This document shows positions 7,940 to 15,930 of a stretch of 20,000 nt of DNA, in pieces; the stretch's first letter is position 1; the number at the start of each line of letters is the position of its first letter. Origin of the DNA: an uncultured virus (IMG/VR IMGVR_UViG_3300042868_008818) (lineage: Duplodnaviria; Heunggongvirae; Uroviricota; Caudoviricetes); the IMG/VR virus record IMGVR_UViG_3300042868_008818, positions 56,220 to 76,219 of that record, one strand, 5' to 3'. The translations under genes were made by a program, and so were the position numbers. The notes beneath the pieces were generated by a model that saw only the letters and a program-made list of their open reading frames with translations, searched no databases and was not told where the DNA came from.

Positions 7940-9096
7940 TATTTTTTATAAATCAATCTTTTCTTATTGTTTTCTTCAACATAGTCGGTTTCCCCCAAAT
8001 CTTCAATTTCATATGGGGTAAATGCCAATGCGGTAGGTTCATCAATCTTTTCTTCTTCTGTTTGTTCAAGAGGTAATAAACCTTTTTTTCTTAATTTTTT
8101 AACCCTTTCCCAAACCTTTTTTACTTCGTCGGTACTTAGTCGGTACTTAGTCGGTACTTCGTCGGTAACTTGAGGGGTATGATGAGTTAAATAACTTTCA
8201 GGAATCTCAACCTCATCATGTATGGTAACTTGGGGGATAACTTGGGGGGTAACTTGGGGGGTAACTTGGGGGGTAACTTGGGGGGTAAGTTCGTCTTTTC
8301 TTTTTCCTTTAAACGCTTGGTTTGTCGCAATAACTAACGTGATTGCCAATGGATCAAATACAAATATCAGAATTAAAATAAAAAGATTTGCCGTTCTTTT
8401 AATATCCCAATCAAGTAGTTCGCTAACATACTTTAGAGCTCCCAATTCACTTCCTGAAATTTCTTTTGATTCCATGTTTAAAATATCAATATCAAGTTGT
8501 GTGATACTATCATTCATATTATCAATTCTTTTTGCTATAGTGTCCCTTCTAACTTGTGCTTGCGATAATTGAGATTCAAATAATTTTCTATTACCTTCGT
8601 TGGCTCTTGTAATTACCTGTCCGGTTCTTCTATCTATAGATTGTGTTGTTGTGTTATTAGATACCCCATCTCTTAACTTAGTAATGTCTCCATCTAAAGT
8701 GTTTTTTTCTTTGGTTAACTCAACTTTAACTTCATCAAATCGTTTCTTTTTGACTTCAATATTTTTAACTTGTTTTTCATTTATTTCAAGTTTTGCAATA
8801 TTACTCTGAAAACCGGTACTTAACAGTCCGTATATCCCTAAAGAGGTAATTATAGATAGTACTATAAGAGCAATTGATAGGTAAATCTTAAGAATACCAT
8901 AGGTTTCTTTCCATTTATCGTGTAAGTATGTTGCAATTGCAATCTTGGATATTTCAAGGAATGATCCCATAATGATAACGGGTAATGCTACACCAACAAA
9001 TACTATTGATAAACCAACTACTGAATAATATGCTGCAGTTCCAGATAAACCCAACGCACAAAATAACATAAACCAAGGTAAAAATTTTTCTTTCAT
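7939..9096 (-). CDS. Multi-pass membrane protein with coiled coil and repeat-rich C-terminal tail (385 aa)
   Basis: About three to four N-terminal TM segments, a coiled coil, a further TM (LFILILIFVFDPLAITLVIA) and a (TPQV)n tail. Confidence 0.85.
   Translation of the reverse strand: MKEKFLPWFMLFCALGLSGTAAYYSVVGLSIVFVGVALPVIIMGSFLEISKIAIATYLHDKWKETYGILKIYLSIALIVLSIITSLGIYGLLSTGFQSNIAKLEINEKQVKNIEVKKKRFDEVKVELTKEKNTLDGDITKLRDGVSNNTTTQSIDRRTGQVITRANEGNRKLFESQLSQAQVRRDTIAKRIDNMNDSITQLDIDILNMESKEISGSELGALKYVSELLDWDIKRTANLFILILIFVFDPLAITLVIATNQAFKGKRKDELTPQVTPQVTPQVTPQVIPQVTIHDEVEIPESYLTHHTPQVTDEVPTKYRLSTDEVKKVWERVKKLRKKGLLPLEQTEEEKIDEPTALAFTPYEIEDLGETDYVEENNKKRLIYKK
8122..8165. repeat. 11-bp tandem repeat x4 (TACTT[A/C]GTCGG)
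   Basis: Units at 8122, 8133, 8144 and 8155, inside the CDS at 7939-9096. Confidence 0.95.
8224..8288. repeat. 12-bp tandem repeat x5 plus partial (GGTAACTTGGGG), encoding TPQV
   Basis: Units at 8224, 8236, 8248, 8260 and 8272, with a degenerate copy at 8164-8178. Creates five G5-G6 tracts on the + strand. Confidence 0.95.
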
Positions 9097-9133
9097 ATTA
9101 ATAAACTATACTTAATAAATATAAAAGATAAAG

Positions 9134-9160
9134 AAAAACCCCCATTTTAGGTGGGGGTTT
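9134..9160 (-). terminator. Rho-independent terminator
   Basis: Stem AAACCCCCA (9136-9144) / TGGGGGTTT (9152-9160), with a T-tract on the minus strand, downstream of 9187-9633. Confidence 0.8.
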
Positions 9161-9186
9161 ATATATGATAGGGTTGTTAGTTTAAA

Positions 9187-9633
9187 TTAACGATCTTCAA
9201 TCGTAAAGCCAGAAGAATCAACTTCAGGACCATTGTCAATTAACATTTCAACTTTGATCTCACCATCAACAAATCTTGACACAGAACAGAATTCAATTTC
9301 AACATCCTCATTAAGATTTGATTTAAATTCATTATATTGTTCCTCAGTTTCAAAAGAACCACACTGAGTTGCTGGTGATTGATAAACTTTTAACCGGTAA
9401 GAACCGTATGGATTTTTTAATTCATTAGTTTCCCATATTAGATTATCAAAAGCGTAATTTTCAGTACCATCCTCGGTAAGAAATTTACCATCCTCACCTC
9501 TTTTATAAAATCCAGATCTATGATATCCACAATTGTTACAATTTAAATATTCTTCTCCTGTTTTGTAATAGAAATCACTAAAGGCTTCTTGTTTACAATT
9601 TGGACATTCAATAAAGTCAATTACACTTCCCAT
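9187..9633 (-). CDS. Zinc-ribbon-containing hypothetical protein (148 aa)
   Basis: N-terminal CPNC...CNNC. Confidence 0.8.
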   Translation of the reverse strand: MGSVIDFIECPNCKQEAFSDFYYKTGEEYLNCNNCGYHRSGFYKRGEDGKFLTEDGTENYAFDNLIWETNELKNPYGSYRLKVYQSPATQCGSFETEEQYNEFKSNLNEDVEIEFCSVSRFVDGEIKVEMLIDNGPEVDSSGFTIEDR

Positions 9634-9653
9634 TTTAATTTATATATTTTTTA

Positions 9654-9836
9654 TTAATTTTTATTTTTCCACTCCTTCCAAGTATCAAAATCTTTTAACT
9701 TCTCCATCTCTTCTTCCATCCATTTAGCACCTGATATAAACATATCTTTCCAATAACTTGCATCTGATGGTCGATGGTAAGGGTATTTCCTATCTAATAC
9801 TTTAGTAGCTGCTTCTTCAACTGTTTCTTTTTCCAT
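9654..9836 (-). CDS. Small hypothetical phage protein (60 aa)
   Basis: Fills the gap in the operon; ETVEEAA...FISGAKW motif. Confidence 0.7.
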   Translation of the reverse strand: MEKETVEEAATKVLDRKYPYHRPSDASYWKDMFISGAKWMEEEMEKLKDFDTWKEWKNKN

Positions 9837-9847
9837 ATCACTTATTT

Positions 9848-10183
9848 TTATTTTGTTTCAACTACGTATTTTCTTCCTTCTTTTTCTAATTTCCCAACAA
9901 AATCATTTTCGTGATTAATACCACCATAAAAACCACTTCCGTCCGACCAAACACCTTTTTTATTATTTTTATAAACCATTTCACCATCGAATGTAATATA
10001 TTCAGGTTGGTCATTTTTAGTCAAAGCGTAAGCTCTTGTCATTTCTCTCTTCTCAGATGGTGAGTAATTACCTGACCAATCTTGACGACACATAAATGTT
10101 GCTTGTCCAACAACAACCTTCTCTCCGTTGAAGGTTGCGTTCTTATCAAATTTTTTCTTGTATGTATAGATGTAAGTTCCCAT
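9848..10183 (-). CDS. Hypothetical protein (111 aa)
   Basis: AAAAAATG start context, 3 nt after the previous stop. Confidence 0.8.
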   Translation of the reverse strand: MGTYIYTYKKKFDKNATFNGEKVVVGQATFMCRQDWSGNYSPSEKREMTRAYALTKNDQPEYITFDGEMVYKNNKKGVWSDGSGFYGGINHENDFVGKLEKEGRKYVVETK

Positions 10184-10186
10184 TTT

Positions 10187-10633
10187 TTAGTTTTGTTTAA
10201 ATGCTTTGTCTGCCCAAGTTTTTGCTCCCATTCTACCCCACAATTCCATGTCACACATATCAGGGAATGACTCTCTCATAGTTCCTACGGTTAACACGTC
10301 CAAGAACCCTTTGTCGATTGAGTACCATTTACCTCCTTTGACAGTGTAAACGTTCATCCAGTATCCGTACTCATTTTTTGCTTGGATATTAACCAATGAG
10401 TTTTTTTGGTATCCACGGATTACTGATTCTGCGGTTCCTTTAGTGTCGTGGATATTGATAAACCCTGCCTGACATTTATTTGCGATACGGAATTCGTATT
10501 CTTTGTTCACATCTTTAAGGTGGTTAGATACCCCAACGGTAATTCTTTTACCTTTGATGTTTGTGTTAAAAGATCCGTAGAATACATCTCCGGACATTGT
10601 CCCTTCAGTTACTTTGATGATGTCAGTTGTCAT
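10187..10633 (-). CDS. Hypothetical protein (148 aa from ATG 10633)
   Basis: The ORF-track start at 10690 overlaps the promoter; ATG 10633 (MTTDIIK) lies downstream of it. Confidence 0.75.
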   Translation of the reverse strand: MTTDIIKVTEGTMSGDVFYGSFNTNIKGKRITVGVSNHLKDVNKEYEFRIANKCQAGFINIHDTKGTAESVIRGYQKNSLVNIQAKNEYGYWMNVYTVKGGKWYSIDKGFLDVLTVGTMRESFPDMCDMELWGRMGAKTWADKAFKQN

Positions 10634-10656
10634 AATATTTCGTTTTAGATACATTA

Positions 10657-10687
10657 CAAAGGTAATGATTTTTTTTAAACCACCAAA
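10657..10687 (-). promoter_or_regulatory. Bacteroidota-type housekeeping promoter (-33 TTTG / -7 TAnnTTTG)
   Basis: Minus strand TTTG (10687-10684), N19, TACCTTTG (10664-10657); matches the established consensus and spacing. Confidence 0.75.
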
Positions 10688-10707
10688 CAAAAAGTATGAA
10701 AAATTAT

Positions 10708-11508
10708 TTAAATATATTCAAATAATACAGAACCACCATTTCTAAGTCTTCGTAACGCTTTTTCTTTAATCTGTCTAACTCTTTCTTTTGTTAGGCCAAA
10801 ATCAGTCCCAATGTCCTCAAGGGTTCTTGGTGTTCCTGTTAACCCAAAATAATCTCCAACAATTATTTTTTCACGATCGTCTAAAACATTTAACAAAGAC
10901 ATTAATTTATCTTTTAATAAATCTTTAGTATTAAATGCTGAATCAGGTTGTTCGGCATCTGGGTTTGAGATCATGTCAATTAAAGTATCTCCTTCATCAT
11001 TAATTTTCATATCTAAATCAATTATTGATGGTAAAGATGAGAACTTATCTTCAAGTTTTTTACCTGTTTGTTCTAACTCTTTCTTTGCTCTTTGTAGATC
11101 CTGAACAACATTAACTGGTAGTCTTATTGTTCTTGCGTTATCATTTAATGATTGGATTATAGATTGTTTAACCCACCACACTGCGTATGAGATAAATCTT
11201 AAGTCCTTATTCCAATCAAAGTGTTTAATTGCCTTCATAAGACCTAAATTACCTTCAGCGATTAAATCTGAAAGATCCAATCCTTGGTTTTGGTATTGTT
11301 TTGCGACTGTTATCACAAAACGTAAGTTACCTCTAAGTAATTCTTCCTCAATTTGTTTTCTTTGGTCCACACTTATTTCATCTGACTTCATAAGTTTTGC
11401 CATTTCCTTTTCTCTATCGGGAGTCATAACTTTTATTTTCCTAATGTCTTTAAGGTAGTGTTGAATTTCTTCTTGGTTTATTGGTGCCCCAACATTTTTG
11501 TCTTTCAT
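10708..11508 (-). CDS. rpoD: RNA polymerase sigma70-family factor (RpoD/SigA-like, short form)
   Basis: Region 2: NLRFVITVAKQYQNQGLDLSDLIAEGNLGLMKA and RFISYAVWWVKQSI. Region 4.2: TLEDIGTDFGLTKERVRQIKEKALRRLR. Likely start is ATG 11508, 1 nt after the upstream stop. Confidence 0.92.
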   Translation of the reverse strand: MKDKNVGAPINQEEIQHYLKDIRKIKVMTPDREKEMAKLMKSDEISVDQRKQIEEELLRGNLRFVITVAKQYQNQGLDLSDLIAEGNLGLMKAIKHFDWNKDLRFISYAVWWVKQSIIQSLNDNARTIRLPVNVVQDLQRAKKELEQTGKKLEDKFSSLPSIIDLDMKINDEGDTLIDMISNPDAEQPDSAFNTKDLLKDKLMSLLNVLDDREKIIVGDYFGLTGTPRTLEDIGTDFGLTKERVRQIKEKALRRLRNGGSVLFEYI

Positions 11509-11509
11509 A

Positions 11510-12040
11510 TTATACGTTTTTAGAATATTCGTCAAGTTTATTTTTTTCTGATTTAGTTAAAGAGTTAATACCATTATCTGTTATTTTATCTAATATCTCA
11601 TCAACTGTAAGGATACAAATATCTTCATTTTTTTCCTTATAATCAACAGATGATAGATAATTTTTTATAAACTCCTCTTCGTTGAGTTCAATTTTAGGTA
11701 ATTCAAAGATACCTTTATTACTTTTTCTTTTTTTCTTATTTGGATAAAGATCCATTAGGTGGTCTAAATTTTGTTTCTCAATATTACTTGCAAAATTCCT
11801 TCCTTTTGGGATTAAGAAGTACGTAAAGTCATCAAAGTCTTTACTAACTAATTCCAAATAGATATTCAATTCAGGAAATGACATTTCTGTTTCAAAATGG
11901 TAAACCGCGTTTGTATCACCAAAAACAAATTTAATTTCGTCTGATTTAACAATTGGACTTAATTCTTGAGCAATTCCTCCGACAAATTCGGTTTTGTTTT
12001 TTTTATCGTCACAACGGTAGATAAATAAGATATATTTCAT
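11510..12040 (-). CDS. Hypothetical protein with C-terminal DUF6576-like motif (176 aa from ATG 12040)
   Basis: C-terminal VDEILDKITDNGINSLTKSEKNKL resembles the DxILDKIxxxGxxSLTxxEK motif at the C-termini of Bacteroidota rhomboid-family proteins. Confidence 0.7.
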   Translation of the reverse strand: MKYILFIYRCDDKKNKTEFVGGIAQELSPIVKSDEIKFVFGDTNAVYHFETEMSFPELNIYLELVSKDFDDFTYFLIPKGRNFASNIEKQNLDHLMDLYPNKKKRKSNKGIFELPKIELNEEEFIKNYLSSVDYKEKNEDICILTVDEILDKITDNGINSLTKSEKNKLDEYSKNV

Positions 12041-12088
12041 TTTTATAATTTTCGTAAGAATTAAAACAACTATACTGTTATTGTTGTA

Positions 12089-12096
12089 CAAATATA
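12089..12096 (-). promoter_or_regulatory. Putative promoter element TATATTTG
   Basis: Fits both TAnnTTTG and the TATATT -10 seen elsewhere. Intergenic, upstream of the DUF6576-like and sigma genes. No clear upstream element. Confidence 0.45.
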
Positions 12097-12145
12097 GTTG
12101 TTTTTTTTTGATTTACAGAATTTTTAATGAATAAATATTTTTTAA

Positions 12146-14521
12146 TTATTTTGATAGTCTTGAGACATTATTTTGTTTGGATATCTTAACCGTTGAGTCT
12201 GCCCATTGATTAACCAAAGGATTGTGCGAAATAAGGAATATCTTATCAAAATATGTCTTAATTTTGATGAAAAATTCGGAAACCATTTCTAAATTATCGT
12301 TAGATATTTTACCAAATACCTCATCAAAGACAACAACATTTGGTTTTGGTAACGAACAAACCTTACTTAATACCGATCTTAACGCTAACGAAGCAATTGT
12401 TTTTTCGTAACCTGAACCTGAAACCATCAATTTTTCAATACCAGTTCCATTATCAACCATAATAAATTCAACCTCACTTTTATCATTAATTCTCACCTCC
12501 AATTTAAAATATGAACTATCTTCCATTAATCTTTGTAATTCAGAATTAATTAGTGGCATCATAGTTTTCATTATTGATTTTGATACCCCATTTTTTCCGT
12601 AAGATTCAAGATACATTTTATAAATTTTATCTTTTTCGTCCTCTTCTTTTATTTTAACGATTAATTTTTTATTATGTTCTATTTTTTCTTCATTTGTTTT
12701 TATATTGTATTCACAGTTAGATATTTCAGTGTTCTTATTCTTTTTTAATCTATCTAATTCCTCTAAACGAAGATCTGCCTTTATTAATTGACCGTCTATT
12801 TGGGTATTTAATTTAATCTTGTCTTGTACTTCGGACCATCTTTTTAATTTATCATTTAAACCATTAATCTTAAGGTCACAACTTTCCACACTTAAATCAT
12901 ATTTTTCTTTGATTAATTTGTTTTTTTCATACTCATCAAATTCTTTTTTAAGTCTAACAAATGTTTGTTCTGTGCCGGTTAAAACCTGCATTATGGTATA
13001 AATTTGGTCTTTTTGCATGATATAACCATCAAGTTCGGCAATTTTAGATTGTGTGATTGAGGCCATCATTAAGTCAATTCCACAGTGTTCACATTTGATT
13101 CCACCGTCAACAGAACTCTTTAATTCTTCAATTGATTTAATCTTACTTTCAACCTCAACCATTTGTTTAAATGATTTGTTGTATTCATCTTTAACTTTAT
13201 CGTGATCATCCTCATAATAAAACGAAGATGGTTCAATAACTTTAAGTTCGGTTAACTTAACTAAGAATTCTTCTTTTTCTTTTTTTAACTTAACAACCTC
13301 GTCTTGAGTTTTATCAGGGTTCATCAGAGCAATTTCTTTATCAATGTCGTTATGTTTTTTCTTTAACATATCGTCACGATATTCTTTACCTTTGGATATC
13401 TTATCTTCGATGTCCTCTAGTTCTTTTTTGTTTTCCTCAATCTGATCATTGTATTCAACGATTTTAGTCACATAAGTTTCTATATCCGTTTTTAATTGTT
13501 CAGAACTATACAAATTTGATAGTTTTGATTTTCCAAACGAACTATATATTTCTTTCGCAACCTCCTCTTTCCTTTTTAAAAACTCAAGACCCATAAATCT
13601 TGATAGGACTTGTCCTCTTGCAGTTGGTTTTGACTCCAACAACTCTTCAAGATTTGTCGAAGTTGTAAGTATTGTCATTAAAAAATCTTCTTTTGTTCCA
13701 ATAGAATTTTTAATGAAAGCTTCGGTTTCTCTTCTTTGTTCACCAGTAAAATTTTGTAAACTACCGTCGGAAAGTTTTTTAAAGAAATCTAATTCTGTTT
13801 TTACATTCCAATCACCTTTTTTTGATTTCTTTCTTTCAATTTTTCTTAAGATTATATAATCTTCACCATCAATTGTAATTTCACCTTTAACAACTACCGA
13901 GTCTTTATCGGTAAATCGATTAAAGATTTCTTCGGCCTTGGTTGTTTTTGTTGTCTCATTAAAGAATAAGAACATTAATAAGTCCACAGACAAAACTGTT
14001 TTCCCTCCAAAATTTGGGGGGTCGGACTCAACAACAATTAATCCATTTAAAGTATCAAAATCTAATTTTTGATTTTCACCATAGGATAGAAAATTTGAGA
14101 ACTCAATGTTTCTAATGTACCATTTTTTAAATTGGGTTACGTCAACGTCACCTTCTTCCATTTTATGTTCTACAGTTCTGTTTAGATCTAATATTTGGTC
14201 TAAGTTTTTATCATAACCTTTAGATTGTAAAAAATTTTTCAAAAGATCTATTTGATAATTACTATCAGTGATATTAACAGACACATCAACTGTTTGCATT
14301 GTTTCTTGATCTACGTTTTTAACTTTTGTTAATACGTTGACGTTTGTTGTATTATATTTTTTTTGAAAATAGTATTTAACACTTTTAATTTTATCTTGAG
14401 TAAAATTTTCTTGTAAGTCCTCCCAAACAACTTGTATTGTTGGGTTTTCAAACTTAGTAAAGTCTAAATCTTTTATCATAATTTTGTAGTTGTATATTTT
14501 TGGTGGATTAAAGAGATCCAT
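12146..14521 (-). CDS. sbcC: SbcC/Rad50 (gp46-like) SMC-type ATPase with N-terminal extension (791 aa)
   Basis: IEFSNFLSYG, Walker A-like PNFGGKT, coiled coil with a CEHC zinc hook, signature-like SGSGYEK, Walker B VVVFDEVFG and H-loop LISHN. Confidence 0.92.
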   Translation of the reverse strand: MDLFNPPKIYNYKIMIKDLDFTKFENPTIQVVWEDLQENFTQDKIKSVKYYFQKKYNTTNVNVLTKVKNVDQETMQTVDVSVNITDSNYQIDLLKNFLQSKGYDKNLDQILDLNRTVEHKMEEGDVDVTQFKKWYIRNIEFSNFLSYGENQKLDFDTLNGLIVVESDPPNFGGKTVLSVDLLMFLFFNETTKTTKAEEIFNRFTDKDSVVVKGEITIDGEDYIILRKIERKKSKKGDWNVKTELDFFKKLSDGSLQNFTGEQRRETEAFIKNSIGTKEDFLMTILTTSTNLEELLESKPTARGQVLSRFMGLEFLKRKEEVAKEIYSSFGKSKLSNLYSSEQLKTDIETYVTKIVEYNDQIEENKKELEDIEDKISKGKEYRDDMLKKKHNDIDKEIALMNPDKTQDEVVKLKKEKEEFLVKLTELKVIEPSSFYYEDDHDKVKDEYNKSFKQMVEVESKIKSIEELKSSVDGGIKCEHCGIDLMMASITQSKIAELDGYIMQKDQIYTIMQVLTGTEQTFVRLKKEFDEYEKNKLIKEKYDLSVESCDLKINGLNDKLKRWSEVQDKIKLNTQIDGQLIKADLRLEELDRLKKNKNTEISNCEYNIKTNEEKIEHNKKLIVKIKEEDEKDKIYKMYLESYGKNGVSKSIMKTMMPLINSELQRLMEDSSYFKLEVRINDKSEVEFIMVDNGTGIEKLMVSGSGYEKTIASLALRSVLSKVCSLPKPNVVVFDEVFGKISNDNLEMVSEFFIKIKTYFDKIFLISHNPLVNQWADSTVKISKQNNVSRLSK

Positions 14522-14524
14522 TTA

Positions 14525-14758
14525 TTATTTGTCTTCTTCCTTATTTTCTTCATTAATTTCAGGAGTATCTTGATCAACAACATTAAAAGTTAATGGTTGT
14601 CCCGATAAACTAACGTCAACCCCATTATTTTCTTGCAATCTTTCTATTTGTTGTTTCATTAACATATCAAATGCTTTTTGCATTCCTGATTTTTGTTCTT
14701 TTACTTTTGCATTTCTTTTTGCGACCTTTGCTCTGTGTTCTTTATCTTTTTTTCCCAT
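14525..14758 (-). CDS. Small hypothetical protein (77 aa; basic N-terminus, acidic C-terminus)
   Basis: Fills the gap in the operon; AAAATG start context. Confidence 0.75.
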   Translation of the reverse strand: MGKKDKEHRAKVAKRNAKVKEQKSGMQKAFDMLMKQQIERLQENNGVDVSLSGQPLTFNVVDQDTPEINEENKEEDK

Positions 14759-14770
14759 TTTATTTATTAT

Positions 14771-15172
14771 TTAATCGTTTAAAATTTGTTCTTCAGTTTC
14801 TGTTGTTTCTTCAACATATTGATTTTGTTTCATTGGTCTGTTTTCTTCAAACCATTCAATTATAGAATTTATTGCCCACACAAAACCTGCGGATAATATC
14901 CCATCAAAAAATACCGATAAATATTTATTAAGTCCAATGAAACAAGTGTTCGGAGAAAAGTACGCCAAGGACAGGAAGAACCCTACCCAAGTAGATGTAC
15001 ATAAAACACAAGATATTAATTCAGATAAAAATTTACCAAAGTGATTAAAGGGAGCATATTTATTATTTCCCCATTTATGGATTGAGTTTCTTAATCCGTT
15101 AAATATTGACCCATAAACTAAAATGTTTGTCATACCATAGGCAACCATTGCCCAAATTACTAATTCTATCAT
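14771..15172 (-). CDS. DUF1360-like membrane protein (133 aa)
   Basis: TM segments and ELISCVLCTSTWVGFFL, matching the CxxCxSxW motif of DUF1360. Confidence 0.7.
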   Translation of the reverse strand: MIELVIWAMVAYGMTNILVYGSIFNGLRNSIHKWGNNKYAPFNHFGKFLSELISCVLCTSTWVGFFLSLAYFSPNTCFIGLNKYLSVFFDGILSAGFVWAINSIIEWFEENRPMKQNQYVEETTETEEQILND

Positions 15173-15927
15173 AATATATCTTTTAAGTTTGATCCTTTCA
15201 TAAAAAATGCGTTCATCGCATTATTGTTAGGTTCTTTGTTTATTTTTTCTAACTCTTCTATTTTTTTATTTTTTTCTGAAATCTCTTTTCTTAATTTCTG
15301 TAGTGTCTCTTGAAGTAACTTTACTTGGTCGTCATCTTTTTTAATGTCTAAATTACGTCTAAGTTCGTCTAACTCTTTATCCTTTTTAGACATTTCATTT
15401 TGGAAAATATTTTCCACTTGTTCTGTCTTAGTGGAAAATATTTGTCTTTCCGTGTCTATTTCATCATTTAAGTGGAAAATATTATCTTCCAACTGTTGTA
15501 TTTTTAACAATAGTTCATTCTCACTTGTTTTGTCACTAATATATTCTATTTTTGTGACAATTTTCTCAACAGGTACTTCCACAGTAACTTCCTTGATTAC
15601 CTCAATTTCCTTGATAATTTCAACTATTTTCTCAACCTCCCTTATAACTTCAACGGGTACTTCCACCCGTATTTCTCGGATTACCTCAATTTCCGCACGT
15701 TTTTCTTCAATCCCGCATGTTTTTCTTGAATCTATTAAGTCTTTTTCACCTTCGTTATCCGTTTTTAAGTCTTTTTCACCTTCATTAAGTGTTTTACCCA
15801 AAAACCCATAAACTTCAACATCTAACCCTTTTTTTATTGTTTTAATAATAAAACCGTTTACGTCGGTTATATCATTTAATCTACAATAATTCCAAACTTT
15901 GTCTTTTAAGTCTTTTGGTAATTCCAT
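15169..15927 (-). CDS. Coiled-coil protein with V/I/E/K low-complexity repeats (252 aa)
   Basis: EVIREIRVEVPVEVIREVEKIVEIIKEIEVIKEVTVEVPVEKIV followed by a coiled coil; ATAA/ATGATA-type overlap with the next gene. Confidence 0.85.
   Translation of the reverse strand: MELPKDLKDKVWNYCRLNDITDVNGFIIKTIKKGLDVEVYGFLGKTLNEGEKDLKTDNEGEKDLIDSRKTCGIEEKRAEIEVIREIRVEVPVEVIREVEKIVEIIKEIEVIKEVTVEVPVEKIVTKIEYISDKTSENELLLKIQQLEDNIFHLNDEIDTERQIFSTKTEQVENIFQNEMSKKDKELDELRRNLDIKKDDDQVKLLQETLQKLRKEISEKNKKIEELEKINKEPNNNAMNAFFMKGSNLKDIL
15343..15790. repeat. Cluster of short direct and inverted repeats inside the CDS
   Basis: GTCTAA x3 (15346, 15357, 15367); 10-bp inverted repeat 15343-15352 / 15385-15394; TGGAAAATATT x3 (15401, 15432, 15473); 20-bp imperfect tandem pair 15691-15730; 19-bp exact repeat at 15735 and 15765. 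Confidence 0.8.
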
Positions 15928-15930
15928 TAA

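Noticed and set aside
8122..8288. Possible CRISPR array
   Set aside because: Units are 11-12 bp, directly tandem, with no unique spacers, and no cas genes are present.
8222..8572. Plus-strand ORF with (VTWG)n repeats
   Set aside because: Antisense shadow of the membrane-protein gene, produced by the 12-bp repeat; no independent start signals.
15344..15811. 155-aa plus-strand Ser/Ile/Thr-rich ORF
   Set aside because: Antisense shadow of the low-complexity E/V/I/K-rich gene.
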